From positions 40,275-104,274 of the forward strand of contig CAVYSY010000058.1 of assembly GCA_963771175.1 (NCBI GenBank): 64,000 nucleotides of DNA. Reading direction: 5' to 3'. Of this stretch, positions 33,097-42,043 are shown piece after piece (the first letter of the stretch is position 1; each line of letters starts with the position of its first letter). The notes beneath the pieces are model-generated. The model saw nothing but the letters and a program-made list of their open reading frames with translations, ran no database searches and was not told the DNA's origin. Position numbers and translations under genes: made by a program. The stretch comes from an uncultured delta proteobacterium (GTDB taxonomy: Bacteria; Myxococcota; Myxococcia; Myxococcales; Myxococcaceae).

Positions 33097-34050
33097 ATGC
33101 TCGACACGTCCGCCCGCCTGCTGAAGGTGCTCTCCCTGCTGCAGTCCCGGCGCTTCTGGGCGGGGAGCGACCTGGCGCGGGAGCTCGGCGTCACGGAGCG
33201 CTCCGTGCGGCGGGACGTGGACCGGCTGCGCAGCCTCGGCTACCCGGTGCACGCGGCGGCGGGCGTGGGGGGCGGCTACCAGCTCGGGGCGGGCAAGGAG
33301 CTGCCGCCGCTGCCCCTGGACGACGACGAGGCGGTGGCCGTGGCGGTGGGCCTGCGCGCCGCGGCCACGGGGCCGGTGACGGGGCTCGAGGAGGCCTCGG
33401 TGCGCGCGCTGGCCAAGCTCGAGCAGGTGCTGCCCCGGCGCCTGCGCCGCCGCGTCGAGGCGCTGCAGACGGTCAGCGTCCAACTGCGCGACGCGGGGCC
33501 CACGGTGGACGCGGAGGTCCTGGCCGTCCTCGCGGGCGCCTGCCGCGATGGGGAGCTGCTGCGCTTCGACTACAACAGCCGCGACGGGGCGGGGAGCCGG
33601 CGCACCGTGGAGCCCTACCGGCTGGTGCACACCAGCCGGCGCTGGTACCTGCTGGCGTACGACACGGACCGCGATGACTGGCGCACCTTCCGGGTGGACC
33701 GCATCGCGCCGAAGCCACTGCCCGGCCCGCGCTTCACGCCCCGCCCCCTACCGAGCGACGACGTCGCCGCCTACGTGTCGCAGTCCCTCTCCACGGAGGT
33801 GTACCGCTACCGGGCGCGGGTGACGATGCACGCCCCCGCGAAGGAGGTGGGCCAGCGCATCTCCGCCCTGGGCGGGCGACTCGAGGCGCTCGGAGCGGAC
33901 CGCTGCATGCTTCACACGGGCGCGGACTCCCTGGAGGGCCTCGCCTTCCACCTGGGCTACCTCGGCTTCGACTTCGAGGTGCACGAGCCCCCCGAGCTCG
34001 CCCAGCACCTGCGCCAGCTCTCCGGGCGCCTGGCACGCGCGGCACGCTAG
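33097..34050 (+). CDS. HTH-WYL-WCX transcriptional regulator (YafY-like)
   Basis: LARELGVTERSVRRDV HTH; RWYLLAYD and WRTFRVDRI. Confidence 0.93.
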   Translation: MLDTSARLLKVLSLLQSRRFWAGSDLARELGVTERSVRRDVDRLRSLGYPVHAAAGVGGGYQLGAGKELPPLPLDDDEAVAVAVGLRAAATGPVTGLEEASVRALAKLEQVLPRRLRRRVEALQTVSVQLRDAGPTVDAEVLAVLAGACRDGELLRFDYNSRDGAGSRRTVEPYRLVHTSRRWYLLAYDTDRDDWRTFRVDRIAPKPLPGPRFTPRPLPSDDVAAYVSQSLSTEVYRYRARVTMHAPAKEVGQRISALGGRLEALGADRCMLHTGADSLEGLAFHLGYLGFDFEVHEPPELAQHLRQLSGRLARAAR

Positions 34051-34117
34051 CCCCTGCCGCGCGCTTGGAGGAGAGCGAGCGGCAATCTAACGTCACCCGG
34101 CGAAGGAGCGCGTGCGG

Positions 34118-34788
34118 ATGGCGAGGTTCACTCGGCGGTTGCTCAATGTGGATGCGGCTCGGTTGGCGGTGCTCGAACGAGCCCTCAGGGGCGGAGACGC
34201 CACGCTGAGTCCCCACGAAGCCGCGGCCATGCTCGCGCGTTACCGGGAAGGAATGCGGCTGCTGGTCCGGGTTGTCACTTCACCGGGAGCACCCGAGCTT
34301 CGCGAGGCCGCGGTGTACGGGTTCGTGTTCGCGAATATCGCTCCGCAGCACTTCGTGCTCCTGCGACGCGCGTTCGCGAATCCGGACGAGGCGCCCGGGG
34401 TCCGGGCGCAGGCCGCCGAAGCCCTGGGTTCTCAGCTTTCGGGTACAGGCATCGATGGCAGCGCCGTTACCGGCGCATCGTGGATTCGCTGATGCGCGGG
34501 CTCGATGACCCGGCGCCCGAAGTGCGGTTCCGGTGCATCTACGCGTTGGTCGGCAAGGATGATGAGAGGGTGCTGCCCAAGCTTCGGGTCATCGCGGCCA
34601 CCGACACCGCCGAGTGCCGTGGCATGTGGGCGTCGAGGCTCGAGGCACTGTGGGCGATCCAGCTGGCGAGCACTCGGCCGCGACGGACGTTGAGGCAGGA
34701 GGCACTGTGGGCGTCGAGTGGATCGAGTCTGGCCGCGACTGCGACCCCCGGACGCTCTGAGCCCACGAACACGGCGCCACTACCATGA
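34118..34788 (+). CDS. HEAT-repeat protein, frameshifted or degenerate
   Basis: VRAQAAEALG and LDDPAPEVRFRCIYAL in two frames; end uncertain. Confidence 0.55.
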
Positions 34789-34826
34789 GTCGAACAATCG
34801 GCTTCGCGGATACCCCAACCCGGCCC

Positions 34827-34855
34827 GGGGCGGCGGGTTTGATTCCCGCCACCCC
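34827..34855 (-). terminator. 11-bp hairpin directly downstream of rtcB
   Basis: Minus strand GGGGTGGCGGG-AATCAAA-CCCGCCGCCCC with one G-U pair; no U-tract. Confidence 0.45.
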
Positions 34856-34862
34856 TCACAAC

Positions 34863-36015
34863 TCAGCCCTTGAGCACGGCGATGGGCGTGAGCCGCAGGA
34901 TGGGCGTCACCAGCTCCGCCTCGTCCTCCAGCACCTCCGCGATGTCGCGGTAGGCCGCCGGGGCCTCTTCCACCAGGTCCTCCACCCGGCCCCGGTCGAA
35001 CACCACCCGGCGCAGCGAGTGCTCCAGCGCCGCCGGGCGGATGCTCTTCCGGGCCTCCCCGCGGTGAGCACCCGCCCCGCCCCGTGTGAGCAGGAGCCGA
35101 AGGCCCGCGGCTCTCCCCGCCCCTCCACCAGGTACGAGGCCGTCCCCATCGAGCCGGGGATGATGCCCGTCTGCTCCCGGCGCGCAGCCCCACCGCCCCC
35201 TTGCGGTGGACGAGCAGCACGCGGCCCAGGTGCGTCTCCTCCGCCACGTGGTTGTGGTGGACGTCCACTCCCGGCTCCGGCTCGCACCCGAGCGCCTCGG
35301 CCAGCACCTCCACCGCGCGCGCCGCGAGGCGTCGCGGTTGGCTCGGGCGAAGCGGCAGGCCCACTCGATGTCCGCGAGGCAGGCGGCGCCCTCGGGAGTG
35401 TCGGTGCGCAGGCCCGGCAACGAGCCCTCTCCCTTCGTGACCGCCACCCGCAGGTGGTGTGAGGCGATGGCTCCGCCGATGCCCCGCGAGCCCGAGTGGA
35501 TGAGCAGCCACAGGTCACCCCCGGCGTCCCGGTCCAGCTCGAGGAAGTGGTTGCCGCCCCCGAGCGTGGCGAGGTGCCTCGGCGCGAGCCGCTCCCAGTC
35601 CTTCTGGAGCCGGTGGGTGGAGAGGCTCGCGGCCTGGAGCTCGGGCGGCAGCGGCAGGCCCGCCCCCCGGTGGATGGCATCCCCCACTGGCACCCGACGG
35701 GCCAGTGCCGCCAGCAGCCGCTTCGAGCTCCCCCGCCCGAGCGACGCGGCCGGGAAGGCGAAGCGGCGGGCGCTGACGCCGCACCCGAGATCGCCTCCCA
35801 GCGCGCCCGGAACCACGGTGCGCTCGGTGGCGAAGACGGTCCCCACGGCCACGCCCTGCGAGACGTGGACGTCCGGCATCGCCGCCACGTGCTCCACCAC
35901 GTAGGGCTGGCTGGCGATGTGCTGGAGCTGCTTCACCGCGCCCGGTGGCACCTCGCGCGCCCAGGCGAGGATGGGAATGGCCCCCGGCGGGCTCTCGAGG
36001 CACCCGGGGCATCAT
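34863..36015 (-). CDS. rtcB: RtcB family RNA ligase; several frameshifts
   Basis: MPDVH, GGDLGCG, LGGGNHFLE, IHSGSRG, HHNH, HRKGA, IPGSMG, SCSHGAGR, EAPAAY and terminal LKG. Confidence 0.92.
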
Positions 36016-36425
36016 GACTCACCCCCTTCCTCGTCCGGCACCATGCGGGGTGCCACGCCCACGCAGACGAAACGCAGGTTCGGGACGCGCTTGAGGTTCA
36101 GGCCCAGCGCGAGCTGCGAGCGGATGAAGCCACTCGCGCGCTCGAGGGCCGCCTCCACCGGAGCGGGCCCGGACTCCTGGCGCTCGGGAGGGAGGGTGAA
36201 GCCGATACGGGCATGGCGGCCGTCCGGGGACAGCTCGAGCGTCGTCACCACGACGCCTTCGAGCAGCGGGTCGGACAGCTCGCCTCGGAACAGGAGGGAC
36301 ACCTCCTCGAAGAGGGCGGACTGGAGGCGCAGGTGGCGCGCCGGAACGGAGGTTGCTTCGGACGAAAAGGAATCAGAGCCCGCGCGCCGGTGCGACGCGC
36401 GGGAGCGGCGATGCTTCGAGCTCAT
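36012..36425 (-). CDS. Ribosome-binding factor A (RbfA)-like paralog
   Basis: ELSDPLL, VTTLELSPDGRHARI, ALERASGFIRSQLA and LKRVPNLRF match the RbfA KH fold; ATGA overlap with rtcB. Confidence 0.8.
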   Translation of the reverse strand: MSSKHRRSRASHRRAGSDSFSSEATSVPARHLRLQSALFEEVSLLFRGELSDPLLEGVVVTTLELSPDGRHARIGFTLPPERQESGPAPVEAALERASGFIRSQLALGLNLKRVPNLRFVCVGVAPRMVPDEEGGES

Positions 36426-36431
36426 GGAGCG

Positions 36432-36599
36432 AACGGTTCCCTGGACGCCGCGCCCGGATGGGGGCACGGCGCCTCGATTCAGGAGAAGACGAGGCTCCAC
36501 GTCGGCGCGCGAGCGCCGGAGTCAGCGGGTCCGTTCGACGAGGAGACGGAACGCGCCCGGTCACACGGTCAGCGACGTGGAGAAACCCGAGATACCGTT
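36432..36599 (-). ncRNA. Candidate structured RNA leader or ncRNA upstream of the rbfA-like/rtcB operon
   Basis: Closing stem AACGGT/ACCGTT enclosing three consecutive helices (10-bp CTCCACGTCG/CGACGTGGAG, GCCTCG/CGAGGC, GCCGTGCCC/GGGCGCGGC); mismatches resolve as G-U on the minus strand. Confidence 0.4.
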
Positions 36600-36709
36600 T
36601 TGCACACGTCCCATGGCACACCTCCCGCCGCACCGTCCATGTGTCAACGCCCTGGCGACAACCCCTCGGAACGATTGAACCCGAGGGCGGCGGACAGCAG
36701 GATGACGGC

Positions 36710-37133
36710 ATGGTCGACAAACTGATCCTCAGTGACGAGGAATGGCGGAAGCGTCTGACACCCGAGGAGTACCAGGTGCTGCGTCACCACGGCACGGAGC
36801 GTCCCCACACCGGCTGCTTCGTCGGCACGAAGGACCCCGGGACGTACGTCTGCGCCGGCTGCGGCAACCCGCTCTTCAGGCGGGCACGAAGTTCGAGTCG
36901 GGCACCGGCTGGCCCTCGTTCACCCAGCCCCTCCAGGCCGGACGCGGTGACCGAGTACCGGGATGTCTCGTACGGGATGATGCCGCACCGAGGTGCGCTG
37001 CGGCCGGTGTGATGGCCACCTGGGACATGTCTTCCCCGATGGCCCGCCGCCCACCGGGCTGCGCTACTGCATGAACTCCGTGGCGATGAAGCACGTGCCG
37101 GAAGGTCAGCCCCTCCAGCTCGTCACGAAGTGA
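36710..37133 (+). CDS. msrB: Peptide-methionine (R)-S-oxide reductase; frameshifts
   Basis: [34 protein letters not shown] and RYCMNS. Confidence 0.92.
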
Positions 37134-37134
37134 G

Positions 37135-38029
37135 TCAGCGGGCCGAGCGCGCGGCCTCGGCCAGCCGCTTCTGCGACAGGCTCAGGTAGTTCTCGTCCAT
37201 GTCGATGCCCACGTAGCGGCGGCCCAGCTTCAGCGCCGCCACGCCCGTGGTGCCACGATGCCGTTGAACGGGTCCAGCACCAGCGCGTCCTCGGGGGTGC
37301 TCGCCTCGATGACGCGCTCCAGCAGCGCCACCGGCTTCTGCGTGGGGTGGCTGCCGTGCGCCTTCTCCTCGCTTGCGCGGCGCCGTCATGCGTCCACACG
37401 CGGCCGGACTCGTCGGCGGCCGAGCTCCTCGTCGCCGGTCTGCGGCAGCGCCCACACGTCGCGCATCTGCTTGCCGCCGTTCTCCGCCTTCATGCTTGCG
37501 CGTAGTTGAACGTGTGCTGCAGCTTCGCGGCCGGCTTCGGCGAGCGCCCAGATGAGGATCTCGCGTCGAGTGCGTGAAGTAGCGGCACGCCAGGTTGCGG
37601 GCTCGCGTTGGGCTTGTACCAGGTGACGGTGTTGAGCAGCTTGTAGCCGAGCTTCTGCATCGCGAAGCCGACCGAGAAGATGACGTGCTGCGTGCCGCTC
37701 ACCCAGATGGTGCCGGTGGGCTTGAGCACGCGCTGGCAGGCCTTGAGCCACGCGGTGGTGAACGCGTGGTCGTCCTCGACGCCGCGCGACACGTCCCAGC
37801 CGCCCTTGTTCACCGCGGCGCGCTTGCCGCTCTTGCAGGTGAAGCCACCGTTGGACAGGAAGTACGGCGGGTCGGCGAAGACCATGTCGAACGTTCCGGG
37901 CTCGAACTGCTCGAGCAGCGCCAGGCTATCGCCCTGGTAGAGCCGGTACGCGTCGCCACGGGCGAACTCGCTATCGCGCAGGGTACGCGGGACAAGCTTC
38001 AGGGCAGGAGCTGCGGCTTCCGAGGACAT
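37135..38029 (-). CDS. Orphan N6/N4 DNA methyltransferase (beta class); frameshifts
   Basis: FADPPY motif IV precedes HPTQKP and VLDPFNG motif I. Confidence 0.88.
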
Positions 38030-38237
38030 CTCGCCTCCGTCAGGGGTCGTCGTGACGGCGCGAATGTGCGGGCAACATTCTGCTACGTCCAATTTCTGGC
38101 CTGTAGCACCCTGAAATTTGACGAGGAACGCGAGCTCCAACGCGAGCCCCTGAAACGCCGCGAGCACGGTGGGAGGACCTCTCGTGGAGGCCTCCGACAC
38201 CGTGCTCGGCGGGTACTACGAAGCTGTGCGGAAGAGA

Positions 38238-38534
38238 CTAGGCCTTGGCCTTCTTGGCGGTCTTCTTCGCGGGGGCAGTGCCCTCGGCCGGAGCAGCGGC
38301 GGCACCCTCGGCGGGAGCAGCAGCCTCGGCGGCCGGCTTGGCCGCGTACTTCTTGCGGAACTTCTCCACGCGACCCGCGGTGTCGAGCAGCTTGTACTTA
38401 CCCGTGAAGAACGGGTGGCAGTTCGAGCACACTTCCACCGTGAACGAGCCACGGGTGGACTTCGTCTCGACGGTGTTGCCGCAAGCGCAGGTGATGCGAG
38501 AGGGCGGATAGACCGGATGCAGATCAGGCTTCAT
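38238..38534 (-). CDS. rpmE: 50S ribosomal protein L31 (zinc-binding type)
   Basis: [21 protein letters not shown] and GRVEKF; Ala/Lys tail. Confidence 0.96.
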   Translation of the reverse strand: MKPDLHPVYPPSRITCACGNTVETKSTRGSFTVEVCSNCHPFFTGKYKLLDTAGRVEKFRKKYAAKPAAEAAAPAEGAAAAPAEGTAPAKKTAKKAKA

Positions 38535-38658
38535 GTTCGACGACTCCCGCGCCTTGCCCCCACCCCCAAGGTGGGAGGTCTGGCGTTTTTGAGGTAGGCC
38601 GGCGCTTATAACGGCGCGCCGGCCCAGGCACAAGGCCCGCGACCGGGCCCCGCCTGGG

Positions 38659-39777
38659 CTAGTGGGATGCGGAACCGGGCGGTTCGATTCGCTCCACGCG
38701 CTTCTTCAGTTCAGGATCATCCCCCACGTCGGACCCCAGTTGGAGATACGAGAGGCGGTGGGTGCGCTTGAGCCCCTCCGTGCTCCCTCCCGTCTGCAGC
38801 ACCAGAATCTTCCGCCGGGACTCGAAGCTGGCCACGGCCTCCTCCAGCGCCTTGCGGGCCGACTCGTCCTTGAGGGTAGCCAGGCGAGCCTTCGCCTGCT
38901 GGATGTTGGTGTCGAGGATTTTCAGGTTCTCCCGGGCGCGCTCCGCCTCGGTGAGGTCCACCGAGGGGCCCTTGCCGTCCACGAAGAGCTCCAGGCGAGC
39001 GAGCTGACGGCCCCGCTCGCCCGGGGGGATGAGGGTGGCGTACTCGTTGCGCTGCGCCACGCCCGGGCCCCGGCCCTCGTGCGACTGCACGATGAAGTCC
39101 ACGGCGTTGCCCGCCTGCTGGGAGAGCTTGACGGCCTCCATGTAGGGCACCGCGGCGAGCACCACCACCACGTCCACCTGCTCCTTCGCGCGCAGGCGAC
39201 GGGCCTCGGCGAGGGCCGCGGGCAGCGGAGGCCGACCCACCACCCCCGTCTGTCCACCCACGGGCCCCTCGGGGGAGAGACCCACGAGGCCGAGCTTCAA
39301 CCCGCCCTCCGTCACCACCGTGGAGGCCGGGAAGAGCGGCTTGCCCCCCGCGTCCACCAGGTTGGCCGACAGGAGCTTCAGCTTCTTCGCGCCCTTGGAG
39401 GCCTTGGCGAGGAAGTCCGTCCCGAGCGACAGGTCGCGTGCGCCCACGGCCATGGCCCGGGTGCCCACCGCGTCCATCTGCTCGAGCACGAATCGCGCGC
39501 GCTCCCCTGCCTTCGGGTCCCCATCCGGCAGGGGGGACTTGAAGAGCGCGTTGCCCGCATCCAGCACCAGCACCGGCACACCCTTCGCGGACTCCGTCGC
39601 GATGGCCGTCTTTCGTCTGGCCAGACCGCCAGACGGGTTGTGGCGTCAACCACAGGGGGCGATCTCGCCCCCGTTGTCTCCGGTGAACAGGAGCACCAAT
39701 TGCTTGGGCGCCGCGCCCGCCACCAGCGGCGTCAGCAGCAGCGCGAGCACGGCGAGCAGCGCCGGACGCAGTCTCAT
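38659..39777 (-). CDS. Secreted UshA/5'-nucleotidase-like selenoprotein (TGA at 39646-39648 read as Sec)
   Basis: Signal peptide, [27 protein letters not shown] in frame with LDAGN, AVGARDL, LSANL; SECIS-like hairpin follows. Confidence 0.85.
39614..39635 (-). promoter_or_regulatory. Bacterial SECIS-like element
   Basis: CGTCTGGC-GGTCTG-GCCAGACG perfect 8-bp stem with G-first loop, 10 nt 3' of the in-frame TGA. Confidence 0.8.
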
Positions 39778-40643
39778 CACTTGTTCCCCTTCTTCGGCGC
39801 CGGGGTCGCCTTCTTCGCCTTGTCCAGCTCGGCCAGCCGGCTCTTGGCCGTCTTCGCCGCGTCCGACTTCGGGTAGCCCTTCACGAGCTCCTCGAGCGCC
39901 AGCCGCGACTCCTCCTGCATCTTCAGCTTCTTGAAGCACTCCGACGAGCGCAGGTAGGCGGTCGGCGTGGAGTCGGACTTCGGGTGCTCCTGCAGCAGCT
40001 TGCCGTACTCGAAGAGGGCCTCGCGGCACTTGTCCTCGGAGTAGTAGGTCTCGCCCAGGCCGAAGTGGGCCTCGGCGGCCAGCGCGTCCTTCGGCCACTT
40101 CTTGAGGAACTCCGAGTAGAGCTGCCGGGCCAGCGCCACGTCCCCCGCCTTGGCCTTCTCCTGCGCCAGCGCGAGGAACTCCTTCTTGTCCGTGGGCCGC
40201 TTGAGCTCCTCGGCCTTCTTCCTGGCCTCGGCCGCCTTGAGGGCCTCGTCGCCCTTGAGCGCCAGCAGCCGCTTCTCGGTCTCCTCGTTCGTCTTGGCGA
40301 GCGCCGACTCCAGCTCGCCCATCTTGTAGAGGTACGTCTCCACCTGGCCGCGCAACTGGGCCAGGTCCTCCACCGTCTTCTGGAGCTGGATGCCGATGTC
40401 CGCTCCCGTGCGGCGCGAGGCGGAGTCCAGGCTCTTCAGGGCCTTGGACACCTCGGCGATCTTCTCGTCGATGCGCGGCAGCGTGGCATCGAGCTGCTCA
40501 CGGGTCCGTTTCAGCTCCGCCTGGAGCTGCGCCTGGGTGGCATCGAGCTTCTCGATGCGGGCTTCCAGCGAGCGTCCGCGGTCAGCGGGGTAGAAGCACC
40601 CGGAGATCACGAGCGGGAGGGCGATCAGAGCAAGCCTTCGCAT
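39777..40643 (-). CDS. CpoB/YbgF-like coiled-coil plus TPR lipoprotein
   Basis: Lipobox ISG-C; LAQLRGQVE coiled coil; AHFGLGETYY and YPKSDAAKTAK TPRs. Confidence 0.8.
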   Translation of the reverse strand: MRRLALIALPLVISGCFYPADRGRSLEARIEKLDATQAQLQAELKRTREQLDATLPRIDEKIAEVSKALKSLDSASRRTGADIGIQLQKTVEDLAQLRGQVETYLYKMGELESALAKTNEETEKRLLALKGDEALKAAEARKKAEELKRPTDKKEFLALAQEKAKAGDVALARQLYSEFLKKWPKDALAAEAHFGLGETYYSEDKCREALFEYGKLLQEHPKSDSTPTAYLRSSECFKKLKMQEESRLALEELVKGYPKSDAAKTAKSRLAELDKAKKATPAPKKGNK

Positions 40644-40720
40644 AGGGGGGCGTATCTTAGGGGCAAACCCCTCATCCCGCTCGGGCTTCTTCGCTGTGCC
40701 GGAGTCCGCCTGCCCGCTCG

Positions 40721-42037
40721 TCAACGCGGCGTGGCGGGTCCCGCCGCCCGTTCCACGCGCTCGATGGCGCGCTCGCAGGCCACCAGGAGCCGGGCATTGT
40801 TGAGGTAGAAGGGCGTGGCGCGGGCCCTCCCCTCCTCCAGCGAGCGCAGGGCCCGCCGGTACTCCTCGGCGGCCTCGGCCAGGGCCCCCCGCTGCTCGAG
40901 CACCATCCCCAGCAGGTAGCGCGCAGCGGCCAGGTCCGGATCCAACGAGAGGCAGCGCCGCAGCGTCTCCGCCGTCTGGGGACTCGCCACCTCCCCCGCG
41001 GCCCACTCCAGTGCCTGGGCGAAGAGGGCATCCGCCTCCGTGTGCGGGCCAGACACCTCGGGCTGTCCCTTGCGAGAAGCCTCGCCCTTCGCGGGTGTCG
41101 CCGGAGGGGGGGCCGTGTCCTGCCGGCTCCCCACGGACGGCAGCCCACTGGAGCTCGGCGTCCTCACCAGGGGCTCCCGGAAACCCACCGACGGCAAGCC
41201 ACTGGAGCTCGGCGTCCTCACGGCGCCCTCCTGCGCTCGGGCGTAGAAGAAGGCCTGCTCGCAACGCACGGTGCGCAGGCTCGGCGGGGCGCGCAGCAGC
41301 GGCTCGGTGGCGGAGAGCATCAACATGCCCTCGGGCGCGAGCCTCCCGGCCAGCGACACCACCACCTGCTCGAAGGACTCGGGGGTGAAGTAGATGAGGA
41401 CGTTGCGGCAGGCGATGACGTCGAACCCCTGCCCCTCCGCCGCCGTCGGGTACGGCGTCTCCATCAGGTTGTGGCACTGGAAGCTCGCCCGCTCCTTCAG
41501 CGGCCCCACCAGGGTGAAGCGGCCCGCTCCGACGGGCACGAACCAGCGGTCCCGCACCATGGGGTGCACCCGCTGCATCTGCTCCGAGGTGAAGCACAGC
41601 TCCCGCGCCCGCGCGATGGCCGACTCCGAGATGTCCGTGCCCAGCACCGTGCTGCCCGGGTCCGCGCCCAGCTCCGCGAGCATCACCAGCAGCGTGGCCA
41701 CCTCCTCGCCCGTGGCACAGCCGGCGCTCCACAGCCGCAGCGGCCGCCGCATCCTCGTCACCATCGGCTCCAGCACGTGCGTGCGCAGCGCCGCGAGCTG
41801 TGACTCATCCCGGAAGAGCTCCGTCTTCTGGACGGTGATGGCGTCGACGAGCTCGGCGAAATCCGCGGCGCCCGAGGGCGACTGCAGGTGCAGCAGGAAC
41901 TGCACGCTCAACCCGCCCGGCCGCGCCGCCAGCTTCTCATCGAGCCGCCGACACTGCAGGTCGCTCAGGGCCATGCCCGTCCGCCGCGCCACCAGGGAGT
42001 GGACGGGGCCGTAGCCTGGCGGAAGTGTGGGCGCCAC
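40721..42037 (-). CDS. cheR: CheR methyltransferase with C-terminal TPR (CheR3-like)
   Basis: TELFRD, WSAGCATGEE, GTDIS and CRNVLIYF. Confidence 0.93.
   Translation of the reverse strand: MAPTLPPGYGPVHSLVARRTGMALSDLQCRRLDEKLAARPGGLSVQFLLHLQSPSGAADFAELVDAITVQKTELFRDESQLAALRTHVLEPMVTRMRRPLRLWSAGCATGEEVATLLVMLAELGADPGSTVLGTDISESAIARARELCFTSEQMQRVHPMVRDRWFVPVGAGRFTLVGPLKERASFQCHNLMETPYPTAAEGQGFDVIACRNVLIYFTPESFEQVVVSLAGRLAPEGMLMLSATEPLLRAPPSLRTVRCEQAFFYARAQEGAVRTPSSSGLPSVGFREPLVRTPSSSGLPSVGSRQDTAPPPATPAKGEASRKGQPEVSGPHTEADALFAQALEWAAGEVASPQTAETLRRCLSLDPDLAAARYLLGMVLEQRGALAEAAEEYRRALRSLEEGRARATPFYLNNARLLVACERAIERVERAAGPATPR
41130..41221. repeat. 54-bp period direct duplication in the cheR linker
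   Basis: VRTPSSSGLPSVG encoded twice. Confidence 0.75.
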
Positions 42038-42043
42038 CGGGTC

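Noticed and set aside
34780..34862. Full tRNA gene
   Set aside because: Only a T-arm-like hairpin; no D arm, anticodon arm or separate acceptor 5' strand.
38597..38624. GGCCGGCGC/GCGCCGGCC inverted repeat upstream of rpmE as a regulatory RNA
   Set aside because: All-GC arms flanking a TATAA -10-like box; cannot distinguish terminator, promoter context or chance.
39646..39648. Premature stop making a pseudogene or two separate genes
   Set aside because: C-G-TGA context, in-frame continuation and the adjacent SECIS-like hairpin favour selenocysteine.
39777..41732. 651-aa ORF as a single gene
   Set aside because: Upstream part overlaps cheR in another frame; the real gene starts at MRRLALIAL (40643).
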